A DNA stretch of 64,000 bases from Verrucomicrobiales bacterium (GTDB lineage: Bacteria > Verrucomicrobiota > Verrucomicrobiia > Limisphaerales > CAIMTB01): positions 29,083 through 93,082 of the forward strand of contig JAEUHG010000005.1 in the NCBI GenBank assembly GCA_016795425.1, given 5' to 3'. A program made the translations under genes and the position numbers. A model generated the notes under the pieces. That model made no database searches, was not told the DNA's origin, and was given only the letters and a program-made list of their open reading frames with translations. Of this stretch, positions 52,468 to 62,232 are shown one piece after another (within the stretch, counting starts at the first letter, position 1; each line of letters begins with the position of its first letter).

Positions 52468-52482
52468 GGGCTCGGGCGCGGG

Positions 52483-54510
52483 TTACCAGTCTTTCACCGG
52501 GCGGGCGCGGGCGCGGCGCTTTTCCAGGGGCATGGGCCGCTCCTCGCCTTTGGCGGTGTCGAGCAGGCGCATCGCCTGTTGAGGCGACATTTGGGCGCCC
52601 TGTCGGGGCTCGGCGTTGGCGTCGGGATTGGCTTTCGATGCGTCTTCGGCGGGGTTGCCTTGGGAGCCGGCATCGGAGTTTTTCTTGTCGGCCCCGTCGT
52701 CCTTGGACTTATCCGGGGACTGTTGCTGGGACTGCGAGGACTGGGGTTTCTGCTCGTCCTGCTTCTGGTCCTGCTGGTGTTGCTTTTGTTGCTGATCCTG
52801 GTCGTTGTCGGAGTTCTGTGGTTGATCCTGGTTTTGGTCCTGTTGGTCCTGCTGATCCTTGGATTCGGAGGGATCCTTTTTCTGCTGTTGATCCTTCTTG
52901 GAATCCTGTTGGGAATCGTCCTGATCCTTTTGATCCTTCTGGTCCTCCGGCGACGAGTTCTTGTCCTGTTGCTGTTGTTGCTTCTGCTGTTCCTTGAGTT
53001 CCTCGAGTCGCTGTCTGACGAAATCGCGGTTGTGCTGGGCGTCGGTGTCCTTGGGTTGCAGCGTCAGAGCGGCTTCATAGCTCTGGATCGCTTGTTCCCA
53101 GGATTTTTGGCGGATCTTGGGATCCTGGACTTGTTCACCGAGGGCGTAGTGGGCGTTGCCGAGGTTGTAGAACGCGTTTTTTTGGAGATCGAGGTCCGGG
53201 GATCGGAGAGTTTCGGTGAAATGGCGGACCGCCTGGTCGAATTCTTTGGCTCGGAAGGCGGCGGTACCGGCATTGAATTTGTATCGAGGATCGTCGGGGC
53301 GATGGCGTGCCAGGCGCTCGTATTCCGACTGAGCGGCTTCGAAGTCGCCCTTTTCATATTGCCTCAGCGCCGACCCCGGGGATGCGGCGGACCGTGCCGA
53401 GAGGAACGCGAGGCCACAGGCGAGCAGGGCCACCAGGGCGATGCCGGAGCTGGCGGTGCGGGCCAGGGAGGGGTGAGAGAGGCGAACCTGACGGGCAGTG
53501 CCGCGGACCCGGGCTTGCTCCGGCATCAGGGTTTCGAGAGCCAGGAGCAGCAGGGCTAGACCGAGCGGCCATTGGAAGCGCTCGTGGTATTGCTCGATGA
53601 CCCGCGAGGCCAGGTCGGACCTGGGAAGTGGTTCAAGCGCCTGGGTGAAGAGATCCGCCATGACGCGAGGTCCCTGCAGCGGCAGGTAGAAGCCGCCCGT
53701 GGCTTCGGCGACTTCGCGCAAGAGCGCCTCGTTCAAGGTCGATTTCACAACGTTTCCCTGATCGTCCTTGAGATAGGTGAGGTTTCCCGATTTGTCACGA
53801 ACACGGATGATCTCGCCGCGGGTCGTGCCGACCCCGACAGTAAAGATTCGGAGGCCCTTGGCGGCGGCGGTCTTGGCGGCCTCCACGGCACCCGTCTCAT
53901 GCTCCTCGCCGTCGGTGAACAGGACCAGAACGCGGACATTGTCTTTCTCTCCGCGCGATGTTTCCAGTGCGGCCTCGATGGCCGGTCCGATGGCGGTTCC
54001 ACCCTGGGGTATGATATCGGTATCCAGCACGTCGACCCCTTGGCGGAAGGCTTCGTCATCGACCGTGAGAGGGCATTGGAGGAAGGCGGAGCCGGCGAAG
54101 GCAATGAGTCCAACCCGGTCTGATTTGGCGAGTTTGGCCAGGTCGAGCGCCGCCAATTTCGCTCGTTGCAGGCGGGTGACGCCGGGGCCGGCGTCTTCGG
54201 CGAGCATGGACCGCGAGGTATCGATGCCGATGAGGATGTCGAGTCCTCGCTGGGTGACTTCGACGGCTCCACCGCCGTAGCGGGGACGAGCGAGGGCGAG
54301 GGCGAGGGAGCCAAGGATGCCGAGCAGGAGCAGGGCGCGGACACGGGCGCGGCGGGGAGAGACGCCGAGCGTCAGCGTTTCCTGGAGGCGGGCTGGGACG
54401 AATTCGGCGATCAATCGCCGCCGGGTGCGCCACGACCAGAAAAGGAAGAGAGCGATCAGGGGCAGCAGGGCCGCGGCACCCCAAAGGATGGAGGGATGGG
54501 CAAAGCTCAT
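52483..54510 (-). CDS. VWA + TPR protein (BatB/BatC fusion) with Gln/Asp-rich tail
   Basis: MIDAS DTSRSM, TDGE, TPRs (FNAGTAAF, YNLGNAHY), Q/D low-complexity region, C-terminal KDW. Confidence 0.9.
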   Translation of the reverse strand: MSFAHPSILWGAAALLPLIALFLFWSWRTRRRLIAEFVPARLQETLTLGVSPRRARVRALLLLGILGSLALALARPRYGGGAVEVTQRGLDILIGIDTSRSMLAEDAGPGVTRLQRAKLAALDLAKLAKSDRVGLIAFAGSAFLQCPLTVDDEAFRQGVDVLDTDIIPQGGTAIGPAIEAALETSRGEKDNVRVLVLFTDGEEHETGAVEAAKTAAAKGLRIFTVGVGTTRGEIIRVRDKSGNLTYLKDDQGNVVKSTLNEALLREVAEATGGFYLPLQGPRVMADLFTQALEPLPRSDLASRVIEQYHERFQWPLGLALLLLALETLMPEQARVRGTARQVRLSHPSLARTASSGIALVALLACGLAFLSARSAASPGSALRQYEKGDFEAAQSEYERLARHRPDDPRYKFNAGTAAFRAKEFDQAVRHFTETLRSPDLDLQKNAFYNLGNAHYALGEQVQDPKIRQKSWEQAIQSYEAALTLQPKDTDAQHNRDFVRQRLEELKEQQKQQQQQDKNSSPEDQKDQKDQDDSQQDSKKDQQQKKDPSESKDQQDQQDQNQDQPQNSDNDQDQQQKQHQQDQKQDEQKPQSSQSQQQSPDKSKDDGADKKNSDAGSQGNPAEDASKANPDANAEPRQGAQMSPQQAMRLLDTAKGEERPMPLEKRRARARPVKDW

Positions 54511-55502
54511 GGAAGTTTGCGCCACACCGTATGGCCGAGGATGATTTCGAGGAGCAGAAGGACCAGTCCGGGAACGGCGAACCAGGCGAAGACCTCCTGG
54601 TACCGCTGGTACTTCTTCACTTCCGCCGTGGTCTTCTCGAGTTGATCGATGTCGTCGTAGATCGCCCGCAGTTTCTGAGTGTTGACCGCGCGGAAATACT
54701 TGCCCCCGGTGGTTTCGGCGATCTTCACCAGCAGATCTTCGTCGATATCGACATTCATGGGCACATAGCGGACCTGGCCGAAGGCGTCGGTTTGCGGGTA
54801 GGGGGCGACGCCGCGGGTTCCGACGCCGATGGTGTAGACCTTGACCCCGAGGGCTTGGGCGGCCTCCGCAGCCGTCATGGGGGGCACTTTGCCGGCGTTG
54901 TTCTGTCCATCCGTCATGACGATGAGGATACGACTTTTGGACTTCAATTCCCGCAGACGGTTCAATCCGGCGGTGATGGCAGAGCCGATGGCGGTGCCGT
55001 CCTCGATGACACCCAGTCGGAGTTGCTCCAGGCGTTCGAGCAGGAAGGCGTGGTCAAGAGTGAGCGGCGCCGCAACGTACGCACGGCCGGCGAAGGCCAC
55101 CAGGCCGATGCGGTCGTTGGGTCTCCTGTTGATGAACTTCTCGAGCACGTCCTTCGCGGCAGCGACGCGGTTGGCGCGGCGGCCGACCAACTCGAAGTCT
55201 TCTGCCGCCATGCTCATGGAAAAATCGACCGCCACCACGATGTCGATGCCACTGGCGGTGACTTGGACCTCACCTTCGCCCAGGCGGGGACGGGCGAGGG
55301 CGACGATGAGAGCGACCAAGGCCAGCCATCGGAGTTGTCGGAGCACGATGGAGGCGCGCGAACGGCGAAGCGAAACCACCCCTTTGACCAGGTTCACCGA
55401 GGAGTAGAGGAAAGCCGTGTCGCGGGCGCGACGACGGCGCAACCAGGCGATCCACGGGAGCGCCAGCAGGAGCAGCAGGAACCACGGATGCGCGAACGTC
55501 AT
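54507..55502 (-). CDS. batA: VWA domain protein BatA
   Basis: LARP, DFSMSM, DRIGLVAFAG, GTAIG, TDGQNN, YTIGVG. Confidence 0.92.
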   Translation of the reverse strand: MTFAHPWFLLLLLALPWIAWLRRRRARDTAFLYSSVNLVKGVVSLRRSRASIVLRQLRWLALVALIVALARPRLGEGEVQVTASGIDIVVAVDFSMSMAAEDFELVGRRANRVAAAKDVLEKFINRRPNDRIGLVAFAGRAYVAAPLTLDHAFLLERLEQLRLGVIEDGTAIGSAITAGLNRLRELKSKSRILIVMTDGQNNAGKVPPMTAAEAAQALGVKVYTIGVGTRGVAPYPQTDAFGQVRYVPMNVDIDEDLLVKIAETTGGKYFRAVNTQKLRAIYDDIDQLEKTTAEVKKYQRYQEVFAWFAVPGLVLLLLEIILGHTVWRKLP

Positions 55503-56104
55503 GGCGGCGTGGTGGACGATGTCGGTGCGGCGGAGTGGGGCGCCTCGGCGTGTGGTCGGGGCGCGGGCGGCGCGGTGTCTTCGACCAGGCGAACGGCGGC
55601 GCCGTGGAGTTCGAGCAGTTCGGATTCCGTCGGGTCGTGGCGCGCAAATTTCACCAGATCACAGCGGCCGAGGAAGTCCTGCAGGAGCCCCTGGTGTTCG
55701 GGTGCCAGTCCCCCCTGTGCGTGCAATTGGGCGAGGAACTCCTCGGTGGTGCGATCCGGGGCGTTCCAGCCGAACCGTTCCTCCAGGTACACCCGCAGCA
55801 CCCGCGAGACCTCGGTGCAGAAGCGGTCGGGCTCGGAGAGGTACCGGAGCGCCTCCTCCAATTGGCGTCGGGCGCGGACCTCGGGTGGGACCAGGGGAGG
55901 TGGCGGCGCGGGTTGGGAGAGACGGCGTTGGCGGGCGCGCCACCAGAGGTACCAGGCCAACGCGGCGAGTCCCAAAATCAGCGCGGCGAGTCCGCCGTAG
56001 AGGAGCCAGTCACGGAGGGGAATGATGCGGAGAGGACCGACGATGTCCCGCAGTCCCTCCGCGGCGGCGGCATTGGTGATGGCAGGGGGGGCGTTGGTGG
56101 TCAT
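55499..56104 (-). CDS. DUF4381-like membrane-anchored protein of Bat clusters
   Basis: LRDIVGP, TM helix, LRVYLEERF, TTEEFL, CDLVKFA. Confidence 0.82.
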   Translation of the reverse strand: MTTNAPPAITNAAAAEGLRDIVGPLRIIPLRDWLLYGGLAALILGLAALAWYLWWRARQRRLSQPAPPPPLVPPEVRARRQLEEALRYLSEPDRFCTEVSRVLRVYLEERFGWNAPDRTTEEFLAQLHAQGGLAPEHQGLLQDFLGRCDLVKFARHDPTESELLELHGAAVRLVEDTAPPAPRPHAEAPHSAAPTSSTTPP

Positions 56105-56113
56105 CGGGGGACG

Positions 56114-57070
56114 TCAGCCGCGAAGGCGCCGTTTTTCGCGGGTCTCGAAGAAGCGAGCCAACGCGCTGGCATAGGCCTGGTCGGTGCGCAGTTGGATGAA
56201 GTCGATGGCGGCGGAGCGGAAGAGCCGTTCGAGTTCCCGCTGGGCGCGCTGTTGTCGTTCGGCAAAGGCGGTGCGGCGGGCGCGATTTCCGGTGTCGATC
56301 TCGACCACTTCGCCCGTTTCGGAATCCTTGAGGATCATGCGGCCGATCGCGGGCAGTTCGAGTTCGAACCGATCGATGATCTGCACCGCGATGACGTCGT
56401 GTCGCCGACGGGCTTGGCGAAGGGCGGCGAGGGAGACCTGGCCGAGGGTGGCATTCAGAACCACGCCGCGACGGAGGTGGGCCGAGACTTCGCCGGATTT
56501 GGTGTGGGTTTGTCCCAGGAAGTCGGAGATGAGGACCACGACGGCGCGGCGGGTGAGAACGCGTTGGATCACGTCGAGGGCGGCGTGGATATCGGTGCCT
56601 CGATGGCGCGGTTCGAAGAAGAGGATCTCGCGGATGACCCGGAGCACGTGCCGGCGGCCTTTGCGTGGCGGGATGAATGCCTCGGCTTCCTCGGTGAAGA
56701 GGAGCAGTCCGACCTTGTCGTTGTTTCGGATGGCGGAGAAGGCGAGCACGGAGGCGATTTCGGCGGCGAGTTCGCGCTTGGTGTAATCGCCGGAGCCAAA
56801 GAGGCCGGAGGCGCTGAGATCGACGGCGAGGAGCACGGTGAGTTCGCGTTCCTCGACGAACTTCTTGATGAACGGATGATTCATCCGCGCGGTGACATTC
56901 CAGTCGATCGCGCGGACATCATCGCCGGGCTGGTATTCCCGGACCTCATCGAAATCCATGCCCTGGCCTTTGAAGGCGGAATGGTACTGCCCCGCGGCGG
57001 ATTCGGTGACCAGCCGTTTGGTGCGGATTTCGATCTGGCGGATCTTCTTGAGGATCTCGCGGGGAATCAT
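56114..57070 (-). CDS. DUF58 domain protein
   Basis: GMDFDEVREYQPGDDVRAIDWNVTAR, DLSASG, ISDF. Confidence 0.93.
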   Translation of the reverse strand: MIPREILKKIRQIEIRTKRLVTESAAGQYHSAFKGQGMDFDEVREYQPGDDVRAIDWNVTARMNHPFIKKFVEERELTVLLAVDLSASGLFGSGDYTKRELAAEIASVLAFSAIRNNDKVGLLLFTEEAEAFIPPRKGRRHVLRVIREILFFEPRHRGTDIHAALDVIQRVLTRRAVVVLISDFLGQTHTKSGEVSAHLRRGVVLNATLGQVSLAALRQARRRHDVIAVQIIDRFELELPAIGRMILKDSETGEVVEIDTGNRARRTAFAERQQRAQRELERLFRSAAIDFIQLRTDQAYASALARFFETREKRRLRG

Positions 57071-57086
57071 GGGGTGCGGAACGTCG

Positions 57087-58076
57087 TCACGGAACGGGCA
57101 TTTCGTCGAAGATCTTCTGCACGACCGTTTCGCTGGTTTTGTCTTCGGCTTCGGCCTCGTAGGTGATGGCGACGCGATGGCGGAGGACGTCCATGCCGAT
57201 GCTCTTGACGTCCTGGGGCGTCACATAACCTCGGCCTTGAAGGAAGGCGAAGGCTTTGGAGGCAAGGGTGAGAGCGATGGTGGCGCGGGGTGAGGCGCCG
57301 AGTTGGATGAAGTCTTTGACGTCGATCTTGTAGGCCTCGGGGTTCCGCGTGGCACAGACGAGGTCGACGATATAATCCTTCACTTTGTCGTCGATGTAGA
57401 TCTCGTTGATGACGCTGCGGGCGGCGAGGATGGTGCGGGCGTCGATGACGGGAGCGACCTGGGGAAGATTCACGGTATGGGCCATGAGGTCGAGGATCTG
57501 GCGTTCCTCGTCGCGGGTGGGGTAGCCAATTTTCAGCTTTAGCATGAAGCGATCCACCTGCGCTTCGGGAAGGGGGTAGGTGCCCTCCTGTTCGATGGGG
57601 TTCTGCGTGGCGAGAACAAGGAACGGCTCTTCCAGTTTGAAGGTTTGCTCGCCGATGGTCACCTGCCGTTCCTGCATGGCTTCGAGCAGGGCACTTTGGA
57701 CCTTGGCCGGGGCGCGATTGATTTCGTCGGCCAGGACGAGGTTGGCGAAAATGGGGCCGCGCCGCGTGCTGAAGGAGCCGGATTGAGGGTTGTAAATCTG
57801 CGTGCCGATAACGTCGGCTGGCAGCATGTCCGGCGTGAACTGCAGTCGCGCGAATCGGACATTGAGGGCGGCGGCGAGGGATTTGACGGAGAGGGTTTTG
57901 GCGAGGCCAGGAACGCCCTCGAGAAGAACGTGGCCATTGGCGAGGAGGCCGATGACGAGGCGTTCGACGAGATATTTCTGGCCGATGATGACTTTGTTGA
58001 TTTCCGCAAACAACGGCCGCACGAAGGCTGCGGTTCGCTGGACTTCCTCGTTGATGGCGGTGATGCCCGTGCTCAT
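57087..58076 (-). CDS. moxR: MoxR-family AAA+ ATPase
   Basis: HVLLEGVPGLAKT, LQFTPDMLPAD, DEINRAPAKVQSALLEAM, ATQNPIEQEGTY. Confidence 0.95.
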   Translation of the reverse strand: MSTGITAINEEVQRTAAFVRPLFAEINKVIIGQKYLVERLVIGLLANGHVLLEGVPGLAKTLSVKSLAAALNVRFARLQFTPDMLPADVIGTQIYNPQSGSFSTRRGPIFANLVLADEINRAPAKVQSALLEAMQERQVTIGEQTFKLEEPFLVLATQNPIEQEGTYPLPEAQVDRFMLKLKIGYPTRDEERQILDLMAHTVNLPQVAPVIDARTILAARSVINEIYIDDKVKDYIVDLVCATRNPEAYKIDVKDFIQLGASPRATIALTLASKAFAFLQGRGYVTPQDVKSIGMDVLRHRVAITYEAEAEDKTSETVVQKIFDEMPVP

Positions 58077-58324
58077 GCGTCCGCAATAGATGCCGAATTC
58101 GCAAAAGGACTCGCAAGCCTCATCGCGGAAACTTCTCCGGGTTTTGGGCTTGTGGAAGCGAGGGGGGCGGTCTAGTGAGGGTGACATCCCAGCGCGATCA
58201 CCGATCGGCAATCCGGCAGAGCGCCGGAAATCGCACCGCCGCGATTTCCCGGGATACTCGGAGGAACGGCGGCCGTCCCACTCCCGGCAAGGAGTCGATG
58301 ATCCAACTCTGATTTCCTATTCCC

Positions 58325-59143
58325 ATGCCTGCCAAAGCACTCTCCCTCCATATCGGCCTGAACTTCGTCAATCCTGACCACTACGGTGGCTGGGACGGCG
58401 AGCTCAAGGCGTGCGAGTTCGACGCCCACGACATGAAGGTTCTCGCCATCGGGCAGGGAATGACGCCGACGGTCCTGCTGACCGGGCAGGCCACGGCGGC
58501 GAACGTGGTGGCCGCCATCCAGGCTGCCGCCAAGACGCTCAAATCCGGTGACCTCTTCTTCCTGTCCTACTCGGGCCATGGCGGGCAGGTGCCGGACACC
58601 AACGGCGACGAGACGGATCCAGGTCGGCAGGATGAGACCTGGGTGTTGTTCGACCGACAGTTGGTGGACGACGAACTTTGGGCCTTATGGAAGAAGTTCA
58701 AGAAAGGAGTACGCATCCTGGTACTGTCCGACAGCTGCCACAGTGGAACCGTCACGCGACAGATGCCGGCCTTTCCGGCGTCGGGAACGATGCCGCGCAT
58801 CCGCTTGCTGCCCCCCGCGCAGGCGGCGCGGGTCTACCGGGCAAACCGGGCGCTCTACGATGGCATTCAGAAGGCGGTCCCGGCAGGTGAACGAGGCTCG
58901 GTGAAGTCCTCCGTGATCCTGATCTCGGGCTGCCAGGACAATCAGTTTTCGCTCGATGGTGCCCGTAACGGGCTGTTCACGGAGACGCTGAAGAAGGTTT
59001 GGCGCAAGGGCGCATTCGAAGGGAACTACCGGAAGTTCCGGGACAGCATTGCCCAGCGAATGCCGCGGGAGCAGACGCCCCAATACACCTTGGTGGGCCA
59101 AGCCAACGCCAAATTCGAGGCGTCGAAGCCGTTCGTGGTGTGA
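58325..59143 (+). CDS. Metacaspase (peptidase C14)
   Basis: SLHIGLN, L..C..DA, catalytic YSGHGG and DSCHSG, SGCQDNQFS. Confidence 0.92.
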   Translation: MPAKALSLHIGLNFVNPDHYGGWDGELKACEFDAHDMKVLAIGQGMTPTVLLTGQATAANVVAAIQAAAKTLKSGDLFFLSYSGHGGQVPDTNGDETDPGRQDETWVLFDRQLVDDELWALWKKFKKGVRILVLSDSCHSGTVTRQMPAFPASGTMPRIRLLPPAQAARVYRANRALYDGIQKAVPAGERGSVKSSVILISGCQDNQFSLDGARNGLFTETLKKVWRKGAFEGNYRKFRDSIAQRMPREQTPQYTLVGQANAKFEASKPFVV

Positions 59144-59217
59144 GAACCGCGGCCTGCGCAGGGGATTCGCGGCACGGGACTTTCCGTCGCGCGGTATTTC
59201 GTGTTTGAGTCGGCGCG

Positions 59218-60354
59218 ATGCCGGACGCCCAACCTTCGAAGTCCTGGTCGCTGTCGCGTGACGACGCCATTGGCTTGGCGCGTGGTGCGGCGATTGCGGC
59301 GACGGTATGGACATTGCTCGCGATGTTGTTCGCGGGCCAGGTCTACGCCTCGAGCGCGATGTGGGGGCGCCCGGTGAGTTGGGGCCGCGCCCTGTCCTAT
59401 GCCTTGGCGGACTGGTATGTGTTCGCCTTGTTGGCACCGCCGGTGGCCTGGCTGGGACGAAAGGTGCGTCTGGACTGGCCGCTGCGTGCCCGGCCGATGC
59501 TGGTGCATGTCAGTGCGTGCGGGGCCTTCATGCTGGCCTACCTGCTTTTGCGGGCCCTGGTGGCTCTATGGCAGGAGCGAGTGGATGCACGTCCGGTGCA
59601 TTACTTCGACGTGTTCGAAGTGGCCTTGGTGAAGACGCTTCCTCAGAGCCTGTTGGTTTACTGGGCGGTGGTGGCGGTGCAGCATGTGGTGGCGTACCAG
59701 GAGCGGGCGCGGGAGCGGGAACGTCGGGCCGCCGAACTGGAGCAACGTCTGACGGCGGCCCGGTTGCAGGCGCTGCAGATGCAACTGAATCCGCACTTCC
59801 TCTTCAACACCCTGAATGCGATCTCGTCGCTGATGCACCAGGACGTGGACGCCGCCGATCGCATGCTGGTGAGGTTGAGCGAGTTGTTACGACGCGCCTT
59901 GGATACCCGGGACCGCCAGGAGGTCCGATTGGGAGAGGAACTGGCGTTTCTGGATCGCTACCTGGAAATCGAGCAGACACGGTTCGGGGCCCGATTGACG
60001 GTGGAGCGCACGGTGGATAGCGACCTGATGAACGTCATGGTGCCGAATCTCCTGCTTCAGCCTCTGGTGGAGAATGCCATCAAGCATGGCATCGAACGCC
60101 AACGACGGCCCGGGGTGATTCAGCTCGGGGTCGGCCGAGAAGGGGGCCAGGTGGTGCTCACCGTGCGGGACAACGGCCCTGGTTTGGATCCGAACCGCAA
60201 CGCTTCGCCGCGCGGGCATGGGATCGGTTTGGGAAACACCCGCCGGCGCCTCGAACAACTCTATGGTCCCCGCCAGGAGTTGGTGATGCGCAATGCCGAA
60301 GGAGGTGGCACCGAGGTGGTCGTCCGGTTGCCCTGGCGCCTGGCTGAGGGATAG
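59218..60354 (+). CDS. LytS/YehU-family sensor histidine kinase
   Basis: About 4 TM helices, QLNPHFLFNTLNAI, YLEIEQTRFG, LQPLVENAIKHG, DNGPG, GIGL. Confidence 0.94.
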   Translation: MPDAQPSKSWSLSRDDAIGLARGAAIAATVWTLLAMLFAGQVYASSAMWGRPVSWGRALSYALADWYVFALLAPPVAWLGRKVRLDWPLRARPMLVHVSACGAFMLAYLLLRALVALWQERVDARPVHYFDVFEVALVKTLPQSLLVYWAVVAVQHVVAYQERARERERRAAELEQRLTAARLQALQMQLNPHFLFNTLNAISSLMHQDVDAADRMLVRLSELLRRALDTRDRQEVRLGEELAFLDRYLEIEQTRFGARLTVERTVDSDLMNVMVPNLLLQPLVENAIKHGIERQRRPGVIQLGVGREGGQVVLTVRDNGPGLDPNRNASPRGHGIGLGNTRRRLEQLYGPRQELVMRNAEGGGTEVVVRLPWRLAEG

Positions 60355-60396
60355 CGGGCGTTTCATATTTCCTTGGCGGGAATCTAGAATCAGACT

Positions 60397-61407
60397 GTGC
60401 CGTCCATGAATCACGCGGCTCCTGCCGTCCCGGAACTGGCCATTCCCGCGGACGTGGCCGATTGGCAACAACAACGCGAGGTACTGCGCGCCACCTTGTG
60501 GAGACTCCTTGGGGATCTGCCCCCGCGACCCGCGCCGCGGCCTGGGGAGATTCGATGGCGCGACCGCCGCGAGACCGACGACTCCACCATCGAGTCGTTC
60601 GAATTCGACAATGGCGCCGGCGCTGTGGTTCCTGGCGTCTTCATCCTCCCCAAGCGCCGCAGCGGCAAGGTTCCCGGGGTCCTCTATTGTCACTGGCACG
60701 GCGGCGAATACGACGGAGGCAAGAAGGAGGTGTTCGAACAGGCGCACACGCCGGCCGTGCCGGCCACCGAATTCGCGAAACGCGGCTACGCCGTCCTCGC
60801 CATCGACGCGTACTGCTTTGGAGAGCGTCATGGGAAAGGCCCGGGTTCGGATGAACGGGGTGGTGCCGGGGAGTTGACGGCAAGCAAGTGGAACCTGTGG
60901 TTCGGGCGCAGCCTCTGGGGGATGATGCTACGGGACGATTTGATGGCGCTCGATATTCTGGCATCGCGGCCCGAGGTGGACGCCTCGAGGTTGGGGGCCA
61001 CCGGCATCAGCATGGGAGCGACGCGGACCTGGTGGCTGATGGCGTTGGACGACCGCATCAGGGCGGGGGTGGCGGTGGCGTGCCTGACGCGGTACCAGGA
61101 CTTGATCGAGGCCGGCCTGCTGAAGGCGCACGGCATTTATTATTATGTACCGGGCATGCTGCAGCATTTCGACACCGAAGCAGTCGTCAGCCTGATTGCG
61201 CCAAGGGCCGTGTTGTTTCTAACGGGCGACCAGGACGGCGGATCTCCGGTGCCGGGGATTCGCCGGATCGAGGCCGTCGCGGGCGAAGTGTGGCGGCTCT
61301 ATGGGAAGCCCGGGTCTTTCGAGAGCCGGATCTACCCGGGGCTGGGTCACGTCTACACGCCGGACATGTGGGAGCGAATGTTGGCGTGGATGGGAAAACA
61401 CCTATGA
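60397..61407 (+). CDS. Alpha/beta hydrolase (dienelactone hydrolase/esterase-like)
   Basis: HWHGG, GYAVLAID, nucleophile GISMG, LIAPR, GDQD, GLGH. Confidence 0.88.
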   Translation: MPSMNHAAPAVPELAIPADVADWQQQREVLRATLWRLLGDLPPRPAPRPGEIRWRDRRETDDSTIESFEFDNGAGAVVPGVFILPKRRSGKVPGVLYCHWHGGEYDGGKKEVFEQAHTPAVPATEFAKRGYAVLAIDAYCFGERHGKGPGSDERGGAGELTASKWNLWFGRSLWGMMLRDDLMALDILASRPEVDASRLGATGISMGATRTWWLMALDDRIRAGVAVACLTRYQDLIEAGLLKAHGIYYYVPGMLQHFDTEAVVSLIAPRAVLFLTGDQDGGSPVPGIRRIEAVAGEVWRLYGKPGSFESRIYPGLGHVYTPDMWERMLAWMGKHL

Positions 61408-61438
61408 TCCTTGATGAGCGGCGTGGACCAGTCCCGGT

Positions 61439-62185
61439 GTGAATGCCGCGAAGGTGGATGCTGACATGGGCGACGAGACGTTCGCGACAACCCACTGGAG
61501 CGTGGTGCTTTCGGCACAGGGCCAGCGCCGGACGGAGGTCGACGAGGCATTGTCCGAGCTGCTGAGGAGCTACTGGCCGCCGCTTTTCGCTTTTCTTCGC
61601 CGCCAAGGTTACGCTCATGCCGACGCCGAGGATCTCGTACAAGGGTTTTTCGAACGGTTCCTCGCCGAGGATTTTCTGCGGTCCGTGACCCGGGAAAAGG
61701 GTCGGTTTCGATCGTTTCTGTTGGCGGCACTTAGGCACCACGTCGCGAATGTGCATCGGCATGACCGGACGCAGCGGCGCGGGGGTTCGAGGCCGCACCT
61801 GTGCCTGGAAGATCCCGGGGCTCTGGAACGGTGCGAAGCGAGTTTGGCGACCGGTCTGGAGCCTGAGGTCGTTTTCGACCGGGTATGGGCGGAGACCGTG
61901 CTGACGAATGCAGCGATGGCGCTCCGGCTTGAATACGAGGCGAGCGGGCGGGGGTCCCTTTACGAGGTCCTTCGGCGCTGGCTGGCGGCGGAAGCGAAGC
62001 CGGGAGAGTATGCCGCTCAGGCGCCGGCGCTCGGCATGTCCGAAGGCGCGCTGGCGGTGGCGGTGCACCGTCTGCGCCAGCGCCTGCGCGAGCTCGCCCG
62101 CGCGCTGGTGGCCCATACTGTTCCGACACCCGGGGATGTGGACGACGAGTTGCGGCACCTACTCAAGACCCTGATTCGCTCGTAA
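61439..62185 (+). CDS. ECF sigma factor of the Ser/Thr-kinase-associated type
   Basis: FATTHWSVVL, YWPPLFAF, AEDLVQGFF, GRFRSFL, VAVHRLRQR. Confidence 0.9.
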   Translation: MNAAKVDADMGDETFATTHWSVVLSAQGQRRTEVDEALSELLRSYWPPLFAFLRRQGYAHADAEDLVQGFFERFLAEDFLRSVTREKGRFRSFLLAALRHHVANVHRHDRTQRRGGSRPHLCLEDPGALERCEASLATGLEPEVVFDRVWAETVLTNAAMALRLEYEASGRGSLYEVLRRWLAAEAKPGEYAAQAPALGMSEGALAVAVHRLRQRLRELARALVAHTVPTPGDVDDELRHLLKTLIRS

Positions 62186-62232
62186 TCATCCGGTGCCGGT
62201 GGTTCTGAATCTGCAGGGTCCTGGTTTCTGTC

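Noticed and set aside
52700-53000. Short repeats (GATCCT-rich) that could suggest a tandem or CRISPR array
   Set aside because: They encode the Gln/Asp/Lys low-complexity linker of the BatB/C protein; there is no constant repeat-spacer period.
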